64,000 nucleotides of DNA from Patescibacteria group bacterium (GCA_038065615.1 JBBTQQ010000001.1:76207-140206); one strand, 5' to 3'; counted from the first letter of the stretch, positions 10,108 to 20,928 are shown. Notes: generated by a model not told the origin, from the letters alone. Numbers and translations are program-made.

Positions 10108-10434
10108 TTAAATTGCTTTCTTGCATTTCTTGCAGATTCTCTGCTTCTTACCATCTTCTAAAATCTGATGACCAATTCTTGTTCCTTTAGCACAGTTTGG
10201 ACATACCAAGATTAACTTAGAAGGTGACATTGGTGCTGGAAAAGTAATCTTCTGTCCAGGCTTACCAGTGTGTTTCTTTTCAAATCTTGTATGCATGTTA
10301 ATAGCTTCAACCGTTACTCTCATGGTTTTTCTATCAACAGAAATGACTTTGCCTGTTTTGCCTTTATCTTTTCCGACTAAAACCGCAACATTATCGCCTT
10401 TCTTTAAATTTGTGTTCTTTATGACTGTAAACAT
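10108..10434 (-). CDS. rplX: 50S ribosomal protein L24
   Basis: KOW motif KKGDNVAVLVGKDKGKTG. Confidence 0.95.
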   Translation of the reverse strand: MFTVIKNTNLKKGDNVAVLVGKDKGKTGKVISVDRKTMRVTVEAINMHTRFEKKHTGKPGQKITFPAPMSPSKLILVCPNCAKGTRIGHQILEDGKKQRICKKCKKAI

Positions 10435-10435
10435 A

Positions 10436-10807
10436 TTAGATTACCTCTGGTGCTAAGCTGATAATTTTAGAAAACCCTTTATCTCTCAATTCTCTTGGAA
10501 TTGGTCCAAAGATACGTGTGCCTTTTGGCTCAACTGAATCTTTGCTTACCAAAACACCGGCATTGTCATCAAAACGAATGTAAGATCCATCTTTTCTGCG
10601 AACTTCTTTTCTGGTACGGACAATAACTGCGTAGACTTTGTCGCCTTTCTTAACTTGGCCTTTTGGAGCTGATTCTTTTACAGAACCAACAATAATATCA
10701 CCTATGCGAGCATAGCGGCTAGCATTTTTGCCATTGACTGAAAACACTGCAACTATCTTTGCTCCTGTGTTATCCGCAATTTTTATCCATGATCTTACTT
10801 GTAACAT
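10436..10807 (-). CDS. rplN: 50S ribosomal protein L14
   Basis: [20 protein letters not shown]. Confidence 0.97.
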   Translation of the reverse strand: MLQVRSWIKIADNTGAKIVAVFSVNGKNASRYARIGDIIVGSVKESAPKGQVKKGDKVYAVIVRTRKEVRRKDGSYIRFDDNAGVLVSKDSVEPKGTRIFGPIPRELRDKGFSKIISLAPEVI

Positions 10808-10811
10808 ATTA

Positions 10812-11054
10812 TTAGCTAATCTTTCTAATTACTTTAAAATGCTTGTCTTTAGACATTGGCTTTGTTTCTTCAATTTCAACCTTGTCGCCAATATGGTATT
10901 CATTGTTCTCTGAGTGTGCTTTGAACTTGCTTGAAACTTTGTAGCTCTTCTTATATTTTGGGTGGCGCTTCAAAGAGTCAACTTTAACAACAACGGTCTT
11001 ATCCATCTTGTCTGAAGTCACTGTTCCAATTTTTGTTCTTTTTACTTGATCCAT
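10812..11054 (-). CDS. rpsQ: 30S ribosomal protein S17
   Basis: [16 protein letters not shown]. Confidence 0.96.
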   Translation of the reverse strand: MDQVKRTKIGTVTSDKMDKTVVVKVDSLKRHPKYKKSYKVSSKFKAHSENNEYHIGDKVEIEETKPMSKDKHFKVIRKIS

Positions 11055-11063
11055 ATATTTAAA

Positions 11064-11270
11064 TTACTTAGATTGCTTAGAACGTTGTGTTAATACTGTT
11101 AGAATTCTTGCGATAGTTTTCTTAACTTTAGAAAGCTCGCTGTGATTCTTTAATTCACCTGAATTAAGCTTGAAGCGCATTTCTCTGCTTTGTTCCTGAA
11201 GTGCTGAAAGGTCTTTGCGCAACTCCTCGTCATTCTTTACTTTTAATTCTTTGATATCCATATTAGTCAT
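11064..11270 (-). CDS. rpmC: 50S ribosomal protein L29
   Basis: [10 protein letters not shown]; operon position. Confidence 0.93.
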   Translation of the reverse strand: MTNMDIKELKVKNDEELRKDLSALQEQSREMRFKLNSGELKNHSELSKVKKTIARILTVLTQRSKQSK

Positions 11271-11673
11271 TCTTAGTTATGAACTTAGTCTTTATAGGCA
11301 GTTTGTATGATGCCAATCGCATAGCTTCTTTTGCTAGTTCCAAAGGAACTCCATCCATCTCAAACAAAATCTTTCCGCGTTTTACAACTGCTACGAAGTG
11401 GTCAACTGCACCTTTTCCTCCACCCATTGGAGATTCATTACCGTGTACTGTAACTGGTTTGTCTGAAAATACTCTGATCCAAACTTTACCACCTCTTTGG
11501 ATGTATCTGGTCATAGCTCTTCTGGCAGCTTCAATCTGTCTTGCTGTTACCCAAGAGTTTTCATATGCTTTTAAAGCATATGCGCCAAAAGCAATTTCGT
11601 TTCCTGCCATTGCTTTACCTTTGGTATGACCGCGGTGATGTTTGCGGTGTTTAAGTTTTTTAGGAATCATCAT
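11263..11673 (-). CDS. rplP: 50S ribosomal protein L16
   Basis: [19 protein letters not shown]. Confidence 0.97.
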   Translation of the reverse strand: MMIPKKLKHRKHHRGHTKGKAMAGNEIAFGAYALKAYENSWVTARQIEAARRAMTRYIQRGGKVWIRVFSDKPVTVHGNESPMGGGKGAVDHFVAVVKRGKILFEMDGVPLELAKEAMRLASYKLPIKTKFITKND

Positions 11674-11686
11674 ATGGTTATATAAA

Positions 11687-12379
11687 TTACTTTACTTCTC
11701 TCTTTGGTCTAAATGCTGGTCTTGGTGCTTCTGCTGTGTTTACTTTCTCAAAAACTTCACCTTTGTTAATCCAAACTTTTACGCCAATTGTTCCGTAAGT
11801 TGTAAATGCTGTTGCTTTTGCAAAATCAATATTAGCTCTTAGAGTATGTAAAGGAAGTTTTCCTTGGGAGAGCCATTCTGTACGAGCGATTTCAGCTCCA
11901 CCCAAGCGTCCACCAGTTGCAATCTTAACACCCTTTGCTCCTGCATTCATGATCTGTTCAATTGATTGCTTCATTAATCTTCTGTAGGAAACACGCTTTT
12001 CAAGAGAGTCTGCAATGTTTTGAGCAATAACAGCTGCTTGAAGGTTGATGTCTCTTACCTCTTCAATGTTTACTTTAACGTCTTTCTTTAAGCCGATCTT
12101 TGCTTTGAGTTTCTTCTTTAAATCTTCAATACCATTACCACCTTTACCGATTATCATGCCTGGCTTTGTTGATTTGATGATTACTGTAACTCCTCCGTCG
12201 TTTAAACGCTCAATATCAATTCTAACTAATCCTGCTTTTTTCAAGAGGTTGTTTAAGTATTCACGAATGCGGACATCTTCACGCAAGGTTTGCGCAAAGT
12301 GAGTCTTGGAAAACCATCTGGACTTCCAAGTCTCAGTAATGTTCATTCTAAAGCTTGTTGGGGAAATTTTATGTCCCAT
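11687..12379 (-). CDS. rpsC: 30S ribosomal protein S3
   Basis: [24 protein letters not shown]. Confidence 0.97.
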   Translation of the reverse strand: MGHKISPTSFRMNITETWKSRWFSKTHFAQTLREDVRIREYLNNLLKKAGLVRIDIERLNDGGVTVIIKSTKPGMIIGKGGNGIEDLKKKLKAKIGLKKDVKVNIEEVRDINLQAAVIAQNIADSLEKRVSYRRLMKQSIEQIMNAGAKGVKIATGGRLGGAEIARTEWLSQGKLPLHTLRANIDFAKATAFTTYGTIGVKVWINKGEVFEKVNTAEAPRPAFRPKREVK

Positions 12380-12389
12380 ATGTTTCTAA

Positions 12390-12968
12390 TTAAACTCCGC
12401 TCTTTCTATTAAATAGTCTACGCTTTTGGGTAACAGTGCTCTTTTTAATATCCTGCTCCCCTTTATCAACTTGATTACGAACTCCTGGCTTGTTAACCTC
12501 TTCTGATAGTTCTTCTTTAGAAGTCTTTGCTTCTGTTGGTTTTTCTGCCTTTACTTTCTTCTCGAATCCAAGTCCTGCAATAGTGTGTTTTGCTTTACCA
12601 TCTCTTTCTTCTAAAAGAACATTAATATGACTAAAAGGTTTTCTTAATTCAGATGCGCGTCCTTGTGCTCTTGGCATGTAACGCTTTAACTTTGGTCCGC
12701 CATCTACTGTAATGGTTTTAATATACAAACTTTCTTTTTTTAAGTTAAAGTTGTTAGAACCATTTGAAATTGCTGATCTAATAACATCGGCAATGACTGC
12801 AGAAGCTTTCTTGCTTACAAAACGAAGCTGAACTAAAGCATCCAAAGCATACATGTTTTTTACAAGGTTAGTTACCAAGCGTGCTTTGCGTGGGCTAATT
12901 CTTACAAAACGAGCATGTGCTTCAGCTGTTTTAATAATATTCTTTTTTTCTGTGGTCTTCTTTGCCAT
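12390..12968 (-). CDS. rplV: 50S ribosomal protein L22 with charged C-terminal extension
   Basis: RISPRKARLV, PRAQGRA. Confidence 0.95.
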   Translation of the reverse strand: MAKKTTEKKNIIKTAEAHARFVRISPRKARLVTNLVKNMYALDALVQLRFVSKKASAVIADVIRSAISNGSNNFNLKKESLYIKTITVDGGPKLKRYMPRAQGRASELRKPFSHINVLLEERDGKAKHTIAGLGFEKKVKAEKPTEAKTSKEELSEEVNKPGVRNQVDKGEQDIKKSTVTQKRRLFNRKSGV

Positions 12969-12984
12969 ATATATTAAATATCAG

Positions 12985-13317
12985 TTATTTCTTTTTCTCT
13001 GGTTCTTTTACTTCTTGCATCTTTGCTTTTTCTGCTTGAGCTGCTGCTGCTTCCTGTTCTTTTGCCATCCTACCACCATGTCTGAAGAACTTACGTGTAG
13101 GAGAAAACTCACCAAGCTTGTGTCCTACCATGTTTTCTGTAACAAAAACTGGTAAATGGATTTTTCCGTTATGTACTTCAAAAGTAAAGCCGACCATTTC
13201 TGGGAAAATAGTTGATTCACGAGACCAGGTCTTGAACTTAGATCCAGGTTTTGCACCCACTAATCTTTTCAAGATTCTTTCGTCTATATATGCGCCTTTT
13301 TTAAGTGAACGTGACAT
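12985..13317 (-). CDS. rpsS: 30S ribosomal protein S19
   Basis: [17 protein letters not shown]. Confidence 0.97.
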   Translation of the reverse strand: MSRSLKKGAYIDERILKRLVGAKPGSKFKTWSRESTIFPEMVGFTFEVHNGKIHLPVFVTENMVGHKLGEFSPTRKFFRHGGRMAKEQEAAAAQAEKAKMQEVKEPEKKK

Positions 13318-13318
13318 A

Positions 13319-14155
13319 TTATTGGTATCTTCTCTTAACTATAAACTTGGAGCTTGGCTTTTTCTTGTCTCTGGTTCTAACACCCAAAGCATGTTTGCCC
13401 CATGGGGTCTTTGGATATTTCATACCGATTGGGTTATGACCTTCTCCTCCACCGTGTGGGTGGTCTACAGGGTTCATTGCTTTACCTCTGACAGTTGGTC
13501 TTCTACCCATTAATCTAACTCTTCCTGCTTTCCCGATTCTTACATTCATCCAATCAGTGTTTGAAACCTGACCCATTGTTGCCATGCTATTTTCAGAAAC
13601 CTTACGAATTTCTCCGCTTGGCATTTTTAATAAAGCATAACCATCTTCAACTGTTTGTAAAACTGCATAACTACCAGCACTTCTTGCTACGGCTCCCTTT
13701 TTTCCAGGAATGAGTTCAACATCGTGAACAAAAGATCCTGCAGGGATGTGCTTAATTAACATTCTGTTGCCTAGCTGTGGTTCTGCTTTTACTGAAGTAA
13801 TAACTGTCTGACCAACTTTCAAACCATGTGGTGTTATTATGAATCTCTTTTCTCCGTCTTTGTATGAAAGTAGAGAAAGGAAAGAAGATCTGCCCGGTGC
13901 GTATTCAACGCTTAATACCTTTGCTGGTATGTCCATTTTATCAGCACGAGAGTAGTCAACAATACGAACGATTTTCTTGAAACCACCACCTCTATGACGG
14001 ACTGTAATCTTACCGGAGAAGTTTCTTCCACCACTCTTTGATTTTGAGAGCATCAAATTCTTTGGAGTCTTTGCGCTCTTGTTCAAAACAGAGTAATCAG
14101 TTACTGAATGAATTCTTCGTCCGCTGCTAGTTGGTTTGTAGAGTTTAACTGCCAT
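13319..14155 (-). CDS. rplB: 50S ribosomal protein L2
   Basis: [20 protein letters not shown]. Confidence 0.98.
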   Translation of the reverse strand: MAVKLYKPTSSGRRIHSVTDYSVLNKSAKTPKNLMLSKSKSGGRNFSGKITVRHRGGGFKKIVRIVDYSRADKMDIPAKVLSVEYAPGRSSFLSLLSYKDGEKRFIITPHGLKVGQTVITSVKAEPQLGNRMLIKHIPAGSFVHDVELIPGKKGAVARSAGSYAVLQTVEDGYALLKMPSGEIRKVSENSMATMGQVSNTDWMNVRIGKAGRVRLMGRRPTVRGKAMNPVDHPHGGGEGHNPIGMKYPKTPWGKHALGVRTRDKKKPSSKFIVKRRYQ

Positions 14156-14175
14156 AATCCTTAAGTTATTCTAGG

Positions 14176-14556
14176 CTAATTAGCCTGAGCAATTGTGTTT
14201 CCTGGTTTTAATGTTACAACTGCTTTCTTCCAATCAGATGTTCTACCCGCAATCTTTCCGCGATTTACTATCTTACCCTTCACTGTGATTATATTAACGC
14301 GCAAAACTTTAACATCATATACTTTTTCAACTGCGTTTCTAACTGAAATCTTGTTTGCTTTCTTGTTGACTTTAAAAACATACTGGCCTTTTTCCATTCC
14401 TTTGAAGCTTTTTTCTGTAACCAAAGGCTTAACTAAAATCTTGTAAGCATCGCCAGTGTTTTCCTTGGACTTTGCTTTGGTTTCAGACACTTTCAAATCA
14501 GCCGTTTCTGGCTTCTTTGCTTCTTTTTCAGTTTTGTCTTTTCCAAATATTGCCAT
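14176..14556 (-). CDS. rplW: 50S ribosomal protein L23 (N-terminal extension)
   Basis: PLVTEKS, WKKAVVTL. Confidence 0.95.
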   Translation of the reverse strand: MAIFGKDKTEKEAKKPETADLKVSETKAKSKENTGDAYKILVKPLVTEKSFKGMEKGQYVFKVNKKANKISVRNAVEKVYDVKVLRVNIITVKGKIVNRGKIAGRTSDWKKAVVTLKPGNTIAQAN

Positions 14557-14566
14557 TGCTTTTAAA

Positions 14567-15208
14567 TTACTTTAAATATGTCTTCTCAATTATTGATAAT
14601 GATGCTTGCGAAGTAATGACCGCGTCTGAATTCATGATATCAACAACGTTTAAGCTGTTTGCAAAGATTACCTTTACGTTCTTTAAGTTTCTTGCTGATT
14701 TAACAATCCCTTCATCATTCTTTGGAATGACTACTAAGAACTTCTTTGCAGACTTTGATATATTCTTTGAAATATTGTTTAACCAAGCGCTCATTTCTTT
14801 AGTCTTTGGGGTCTTCATTTCTAATTCAGAAAAAACTAAGAAATTATTTTCAGAAGCCTTGTCAGACAAGGTCATGTACAATGCTTTTCTCCACTGCTTC
14901 TGGTTCATCTTTAATTCATGGTTGCGATTTGCGCGAGGTCCAAAAGTAATACCACCATGTCTCCAGATTGGGGATCTAATAGATCCGGCTCTAGCATTAC
15001 CAGTTCCCTTTTGTTTCCATGGTTTCCTTCCACCACCGCGAACTTCTCCGCGAGTCTTTGTGTTTGCAGAACCTTGGCGGGCATTAGCAAGTTGAATTCT
15101 AACTGCTAACTGAATCAATTCTACAACAGGAGTAATTTCAAAAATCTTTGGATTTAATTCCAATTCTCCTGCTTGCTCTAGTTTCTGATTATATACTGTG
15201 GTCTTCAT
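14567..15208 (-). CDS. rplD: 50S ribosomal protein L4
   Basis: TKTRGEVRGGGRKPWKQKGTGNARAGSIRSP. Confidence 0.97.
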   Translation of the reverse strand: MKTTVYNQKLEQAGELELNPKIFEITPVVELIQLAVRIQLANARQGSANTKTRGEVRGGGRKPWKQKGTGNARAGSIRSPIWRHGGITFGPRANRNHELKMNQKQWRKALYMTLSDKASENNFLVFSELEMKTPKTKEMSAWLNNISKNISKSAKKFLVVIPKNDEGIVKSARNLKNVKVIFANSLNVVDIMNSDAVITSQASLSIIEKTYLK

Positions 15209-15211
15209 ATG

Positions 15212-15868
15212 CTATTTCTTCTTTTCTTTCTTTTCAGTTCTCTTAACTTCCAAATCCTTAATCTTTCCTGTTGAAACAATTTCAACAAGACCGTTTCTGT
15301 GTCCAGGAACAGCGCCTTTAACAGCGATTAAGCTTCTCTTTGGATCAATATCAACGATTTGTAAGTTTTTAACAGTAACACCAACGCCACCCATTCTTCC
15401 TGCCATTCTTAAACCTTTGCGAACGTGTTGTGGAAAACGTTGACCAATAGAACCGACAGCGCGTGGCTTGTCGTGTCCGTGAGATGCAGGCATACCAGCA
15501 AAACCGTGTCTCTTAACTGCACCAGCAAAACCGCGGCCTTTCATAATGCCGGTTACATGGACCATCTCGCCTACTTGGAAATCAGCAATATCGATTTTTT
15601 TACCAACTTCAAACTGAGCAAGATCTTTAACTTTAAACTCTTTCAAAACAGCAAAATTGCCCAACCCCTTAAAGTGGCCGGCCAATGCTTTTGAATGATT
15701 CTTCTTTTTTCCATATCCAACCTGGACTGCTTCGTATTTATCCTTTTCTTTGCTCTTAATCTGAGTAACAATAACAGGGCCAGCGTGTAAAATGGTTACG
15801 GGAATAGCTAACCCTGATTCCAGGAAGTAAGAAGACATATTAAGTTTTTTTGCTATTGTGAACTTCAT
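15212..15868 (-). CDS. rplC: 50S ribosomal protein L3
   Basis: GRGFAGAVKRH, MAGRMG, VKGAVPG; start moved to MKFTIAKK. Confidence 0.95.
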   Translation of the reverse strand: MKFTIAKKLNMSSYFLESGLAIPVTILHAGPVIVTQIKSKEKDKYEAVQVGYGKKKNHSKALAGHFKGLGNFAVLKEFKVKDLAQFEVGKKIDIADFQVGEMVHVTGIMKGRGFAGAVKRHGFAGMPASHGHDKPRAVGSIGQRFPQHVRKGLRMAGRMGGVGVTVKNLQIVDIDPKRSLIAVKGAVPGHRNGLVEIVSTGKIKDLEVKRTEKKEKKK

Positions 15869-16106
15869 TGTTTTTAAACAAAAAACCAAGACGAGCCACT
15901 TGACCGGAAGAATCAATAGTTATTGATTCTCGGCAAACGAACCGTCTTGGTTCTTTAAAGTGTTTTCGTTGTGATGCAGCTTTTTAAGCTGCGGGGAAAG
16001 TTTTTAATCTTCTCTTAGAACTTTGTTGGTTCAGAAGTTATCCTTACTTGGAACTATTCTGTAACAACTCATTCTATTTTGTTTTGAGCTCTAAAGCCCC
16101 GACAAT

Positions 16107-16424
16107 CTAATTCATCTTTATCTCAACATCTACTCCAGCTGGAAGATTCAAATTTGTTAATGAATCTACTGTTTTAGGTGTTGGATCTGTAATATCAATT
16201 AATCTCTTATGAACACGCATTTCAAACTGTTCTCGGCTATCCTTGTGCACAAAAGTTGAACGAAGTACCGTGTACTTGGTTTTTTCAGTTGGCAAAGGAA
16301 TAGGACCGGTGATAGTTGCTCCGCTTCTCTTTGCGGTGTCTACAATCTGTTTTGCAGACTGATCAATCAATTTGTGGTCGTATGCTTTGATCTTTATTCT
16401 GATCTTGCTTTTAGAAGCGTCCAT
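16107..16424 (-). CDS. rpsJ: 30S ribosomal protein S10
   Basis: [23 protein letters not shown]. Confidence 0.97.
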   Translation of the reverse strand: MDASKSKIRIKIKAYDHKLIDQSAKQIVDTAKRSGATITGPIPLPTEKTKYTVLRSTFVHKDSREQFEMRVHKRLIDITDPTPKTVDSLTNLNLPAGVDVEIKMN

Positions 16425-16469
16425 TTTTGCTGTGTTAAGTTGCGGGATTAGTTGATTAATTACTTGCTT

Positions 16470-16498
16470 ATTTTAAACTAAAGCCTTGCTTTTGTCAA
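16470..16498 (-). promoter_or_regulatory. sigma70 promoter of rpsJ
   Basis: TTGACA-17 nt-TAAAAT on the minus strand. Confidence 0.75.
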
Positions 16499-16515
16499 AG
16501 AGGTCAGAAAATACC

Positions 16516-16851
16516 CTAAGAAACAATTTTTGGGGCTTTTCTTCTAACCCCAACAATCTGCTTGTTTTCATCTAAAATGAGCTCTAAGAAAGGTAAACCC
16601 ATGAATTCAACATATTTAAATCTAGCTAAGATGTCATCTTCCCCTTTGTTCTCTAGATACGAGTTCAACATTACACAGGTAGCGCCTGTGTCTACCAAAA
16701 CATCAATAGCATGGGCTAATTCTTCGTTTTTGTTATCTTTCTCCCAATTAGCAATTGCATCGTTTATTGCATCACTCTCTGTTAGCTCAGCATTCAATGC
16801 TGGCATAGTATTGAGCTCTTTTTCAAGATTTGTTTGATGCTCTCTGTTCAT
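16516..16851 (-). CDS. Hypothetical protein
   Basis: 111-aa ORF filling the tuf-rpsJ gap; no motif recognised. Confidence 0.55.
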   Translation of the reverse strand: MNREHQTNLEKELNTMPALNAELTESDAINDAIANWEKDNKNEELAHAIDVLVDTGATCVMLNSYLENKGEDDILARFKYVEFMGLPFLELILDENKQIVGVRRKAPKIVS

Positions 16852-16857
16852 AGAGTT

Positions 16858-16891
16858 TAAAAGAGACCCCTAAAACAAGGGGTCTCTTTAA
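16858..16891 (-). terminator. Intrinsic terminator after tuf
   Basis: aagagacccc / ggggtctctt inverted repeat. Confidence 0.7.
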
Positions 16892-16901
16892 ATTACATAG
16901 A

Positions 16902-18092
16902 TTACTTAGTGATCTTTGTTACAACACCTGCACCAACTGTGTGACCACCTTCGCGGATAGCGAAGCGGAGCTTATCTTCCAAAGCAACAGGGGTAATCAA
17001 TTTAACATTGATCTTAACTGTATCACCAGGCATTACCATTTCCTGACCTTCTGGCAAAATAACTTCACCAGTAACGTCAGTTGTTCTGATGTAGAACTGT
17101 GGTTTGTAACCCTTGAAGAATGGGGTATGTCTACCACCTTCTTCTTTGGTTAAAATGTATACTTCACCTTCAAACTCTGAGTGTGGAGTAACAGATCCTG
17201 GCTTTGCCAAAACCTGTCCACGTTCAACTTCATCTTTCTTAGTACCACGAAGCAAAATACCTGCGTTGTCACCAGCTTGACCTTCGTCCAACTGTTTGTT
17301 GAACATTTCAATACCAGTAACTGTGGTTTTGCTTGTTGGGCGAATACCGATGATTTCGATTTCTTCACCAATTTTGACCATACCTCTCTCAATTCTACCG
17401 GTAACAACTGTTCCGCGGCCTTCAATTGAGAAGATGTCTTCAATAGGCATTAAGAACGGCTTGTCTGTTTGTCTGACTGGGTCTGGGATAAATGTATCCA
17501 AGGCTTCAATAAGCTTTACGATGGATGGCTCACCCATTTCTGAGGTGTCACCTTCCAAGGCTTTCAAAGCAGAACCACGAATGATTGGAGTGCTCTTTCC
17601 GTCATAGTGATACTTAGTCAACAAATCACGAATTTCTTCTTCAACTAAATCCAAGAGTTCTTTGTCTTGAACCATATCACACTTGTTCATGTAAACAACA
17701 ATGTGTGGCACACCAACCTGGTATGCGAGCAAGATGTGCTCTCTTGTCTGAGGCATTGGACCATCAGTTGCAGAAACAACCAAGATAGCGCCGTCCATTT
17801 GAGCAGCACCAGTGATCATGTTCTTTACGTAGTCTGCGTGACCTGGACAGTCAACGTGAGCATAGTGTCTCTTATCAGATTCGTATTCTGCGTGAGAGGT
17901 GTTAATAGTAATACCGCGTGCCTTTTCCTCTGGAGCATTGTCAATGCTGTCATATGCACGAGCTTTAGCCTTGCCTGATTTGGCAAGAACTGTAGTAATA
18001 GCTGCAGTCAAAGTAGTCTTACCGTGGTCGACGTGACCAATGGTTCCGACGTTGACGTGCACCTTATTACGTTCAAACTTTCCTTCTGCCAT
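16902..18092 (-). CDS. tuf: Elongation factor Tu
   Basis: [25 protein letters not shown]. Confidence 0.99.
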   Translation of the reverse strand: MAEGKFERNKVHVNVGTIGHVDHGKTTLTAAITTVLAKSGKAKARAYDSIDNAPEEKARGITINTSHAEYESDKRHYAHVDCPGHADYVKNMITGAAQMDGAILVVSATDGPMPQTREHILLAYQVGVPHIVVYMNKCDMVQDKELLDLVEEEIRDLLTKYHYDGKSTPIIRGSALKALEGDTSEMGEPSIVKLIEALDTFIPDPVRQTDKPFLMPIEDIFSIEGRGTVVTGRIERGMVKIGEEIEIIGIRPTSKTTVTGIEMFNKQLDEGQAGDNAGILLRGTKKDEVERGQVLAKPGSVTPHSEFEGEVYILTKEEGGRHTPFFKGYKPQFYIRTTDVTGEVILPEGQEMVMPGDTVKINVKLITPVALEDKLRFAIREGGHTVGAGVVTKITK

Positions 18093-18193
18093 TGTGCTTT
18101 CCTTTACTGCCCGAGCTTTACAGCTCTCCAGGGCATTACAATTAATTATTTTTATGGGGAAATAAAATTACGCATTATGTATAACGCGTAAAG

Positions 18194-18222
18194 ATATTAA
18201 CAAATTTGCCCCTTTTTGTCAA
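18194..18222 (-). promoter_or_regulatory. sigma70 promoter of tuf
   Basis: TTGACA-17 nt-TAATAT on the minus strand. Confidence 0.75.
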
Positions 18223-18256
18223 AACTCAAGGATTTGTCCACACCTGTGGAATGTCG

Positions 18257-18469
18257 CTATTCTAGCTCAGTCACAGCCTCTGATAACTCTCGATCAGCCC
18301 ATGCTTCCGTGTGCTGCATTTCCTTACTCAATGCCGCCAGATTAACATCTGACTCCCTAATATCCTTATCTAACTCGTCTATCAACGCCGCAGTCTTATG
18401 CATGAACTGGGCATTTGCCTGTTTTAGGTTATCACTTAAGCTATTTAATTCTTGTGTTGTGGTATCCAT
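18257..18469 (-). CDS. Small acidic coiled-coil hypothetical protein
   Basis: Starts 3 nt after the stop of the 687-aa ORF. Confidence 0.5.
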   Translation of the reverse strand: MDTTTQELNSLSDNLKQANAQFMHKTAALIDELDKDIRESDVNLAALSKEMQHTEAWADRELSEAVTELE

Positions 18470-18472
18470 AAA

Positions 18473-20536
18473 TTATTTTTTCTCTTTTAAACCCCAGCGC
18501 TTTATCAATAGCCTGCTGAACCAACCAACTGTTTTTTTATTCTTCCTGTTATCAAACTTTGGTTCGTGTGTTCTTTTATATTGTTCTGTGTCGTCCATGA
18601 ATCTAGCAGTGCTTAAAGTGGTATTGCCTTCGCTTGAAATATCAGGATCATGCTCTTGGAGTTTTTCTGGACTTATATCATCAGCGTCATCGGAAAGATC
18701 ATTCCAAAGTTCACAAAGGCTTGCAATGTCAGCTTCTTGAGCATAGAACTCATCACTTTCTTCATCAACATAACCATCCATCTTACCTATTTGATTTTCA
18801 ATGAAGAACTCTTTGAATTTCTGAACATCTTCTTTAAATTGTGCTACTTCCTCAGGTTTAGATCCAAGAGATTCATCTGTTAAATGCGCAAACTGGTTCT
18901 CAATGATCTTTTTAAAATCTCTTAATTTTAATACGTGCTTATTTTTTCTATCAGGGAACATAGAATCAGCGTCTTCTGAAAAAGTTTTCAAATCCAACTG
19001 AAACTTTTCAGAAAAACGTTGATCCCAAGCAGTAACCAAGTGTTTTATATCAAACCCGTTGTAACCAAACTTTCTTACTTTCTTTTCTATCACTTCTGTT
19101 TCTGCGGCCTCTTCACCTTCCTCAGGTCCTGTTCCTTGTTCTGCTTCTGGTTCAGAAGGTTCAATAACTGCTTCAACTGTTTCTTCGGGTGCTTGAGCTT
19201 GAGGTGCTTCTTCTCCTGGCATACCGTCAGATGGCTCTATAGTTACGCCTTCAGCAATTGCTTCTGGTGGTGTTCCTGGCACAAGCTGAGACGGTGTTGC
19301 TGTTTGTTCTTGGGTTTCTTCTTCTTGTGACCCTGATCTTAATTGTTTCTGAACTTCACTCTCAAAAATATTCCAATCACTCTCTGATATTTCTTTATCA
19401 GAAAGTTCTTGAACAATATATTTAAAAGTCAGATAATTAACACCTTCTACTTTTATTTTTGGATTAACAAACATCTCAAGTTGTTTCGCTGTTATTCTCA
19501 GCTTATTCCCCAACACGCCATTCCAAAGCTTACGCATAACCTCTGGATCAAGTTTGTTTGGTTTTTTCTGTTTCTCTCTATCTTCTCTAGAAAACGCGTC
19601 CATCCTAGCTCTGACTGCAGCCATGTCTTCTTGATCAGCATCATGATGCGCGTACTTATATTCTCTATTCAAAACCTTCTCATATTGCATTCGTTTCGCT
19701 CGCCAAGAGACAACCTTCCCTGTTACAGATTCGATTGAACTCCCCAATCGCTTTGCTTCTTTGGTTCTTTGATCTAAGTTCTTTTGATAATCCTTAAGCT
19801 GGAGCCTTATTTCTCTAATCTGTTCTCCATATGCATCTTTGTCAAAATCAAATCCGGCTCTTGCCTGAACTCTTTCCATCTGATCAAGAATGTTTTCTGT
19901 TTCATCAACATTTGATTGGAACGTTAATATTTCAGAATCAAGCTGTTGCTTTCTTGCACGCATAACCTCTAAACTAGCTTCCTGTGGTTCTAAACGTTCG
20001 TTAACTCTTTCGACGACTCCACTTGCTATACCTTTAACTTTTTTCTCGTAAACTTGTTTTTTGTAATTAACACTTTCTAAATTTAATCGGGCTATCTCTC
20101 GTTCATTTTTAACTTGCTCCATTCTGTGCATCAAAGTTTCTCTATCTTTCTGGGATTTTCTAGAACGTTCTTGGCTACTGCCAAATCTATGCTCCATGTC
20201 AGCATCAGCAATGTCTTGTCTTCTAATACGGTCTTCTAGGGCATGTACCTCTCTATCATGATCATTATGTTGTGAAGAAAATTTTCCTGCCTTTTGGTCT
20301 TGTCTCTTATAACTAGAATCGTTCCACCATGTCTGCAAACGCTCTACTGTTCCAATTCTAGCAGTTGTTTTAACAGAAGAAACAAATTCTTTAGTGTTGT
20401 TTCTTACGCGCTCTAAAAACCCTGGCTGATTATTAATATCCAGGCTTTCGTCTATTTCTACTTGTGGTTTGTTTTTTGTTTCAGTGTCATTTGCTTCAGC
20501 TTGTGGCTGATGCTCAGGACTGTGCGCTTCGGTCAT
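18473..20536 (-). CDS. Large hypothetical protein: coiled coil, acidic linker, repeated Trp-containing helical units
   Basis: 687-aa ORF with charged heptad-like region and E/P-rich linker. Confidence 0.75.
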   Translation of the reverse strand: MTEAHSPEHQPQAEANDTETKNKPQVEIDESLDINNQPGFLERVRNNTKEFVSSVKTTARIGTVERLQTWWNDSSYKRQDQKAGKFSSQHNDHDREVHALEDRIRRQDIADADMEHRFGSSQERSRKSQKDRETLMHRMEQVKNEREIARLNLESVNYKKQVYEKKVKGIASGVVERVNERLEPQEASLEVMRARKQQLDSEILTFQSNVDETENILDQMERVQARAGFDFDKDAYGEQIREIRLQLKDYQKNLDQRTKEAKRLGSSIESVTGKVVSWRAKRMQYEKVLNREYKYAHHDADQEDMAAVRARMDAFSREDREKQKKPNKLDPEVMRKLWNGVLGNKLRITAKQLEMFVNPKIKVEGVNYLTFKYIVQELSDKEISESDWNIFESEVQKQLRSGSQEEETQEQTATPSQLVPGTPPEAIAEGVTIEPSDGMPGEEAPQAQAPEETVEAVIEPSEPEAEQGTGPEEGEEAAETEVIEKKVRKFGYNGFDIKHLVTAWDQRFSEKFQLDLKTFSEDADSMFPDRKNKHVLKLRDFKKIIENQFAHLTDESLGSKPEEVAQFKEDVQKFKEFFIENQIGKMDGYVDEESDEFYAQEADIASLCELWNDLSDDADDISPEKLQEHDPDISSEGNTTLSTARFMDDTEQYKRTHEPKFDNRKNKKTVGWFSRLLIKRWGLKEKK

Positions 20537-20589
20537 GAGTATAATTTAATACATCTTAATTATACAATATTTATACCAAAACTCATAAT

Positions 20590-20928
20590 TTAAATATCTT
20601 CCAGCTCTGCTCTGTTTTGCATGTTTGTAGCAGAAACTTCTTCTGGTTCAAAAGAAAAGGTTGAATCAATAACTTCGCTAACTAGATCTTCCTGAGCAGT
20701 TTGTCTTGCGGTCTGAACTTTATCTTCTTGTTTCTGTGCCTGGATTATCTTCCTGTTTATCTCATCAATATCTTCAAGCTGGTTTTGAACCTTTTTTAAC
20801 AATACTTTTTCATACTCATCAATACCCATAATTACCAAGACTGGGTTGCCCTGTTCATCAATTACAAAGAACTTCCCCCCGTCAGCCTTAGCTATATCAA
20901 TGAGTTTCTTTAGGTTATCCATGGGCAT
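20590..20928 (-). CDS. Hypothetical protein (N-terminus reminiscent of Phd/YefM fold)
   Basis: GGKFFVIDEQGNPVLVIMGIDEYE resembles the Phd beta-beta-alpha segment; no adjacent toxin recognised. Confidence 0.55.
   Translation of the reverse strand: MPMDNLKKLIDIAKADGGKFFVIDEQGNPVLVIMGIDEYEKVLLKKVQNQLEDIDEINRKIIQAQKQEDKVQTARQTAQEDLVSEVIDSTFSFEPEEVSATNMQNRAELEDI

Noticed and set aside
16092-16102. TAAAGCCCCGA, identical to one arm of the module terminator
   Set aside because: No adjacent second arm, tRNA-like element or antisense segment; not a third copy.
20590-20928. Phd/YefM antitoxin of a type II TA pair
   Set aside because: Resemblance is limited to the N-terminus, and no toxin gene is adjacent.
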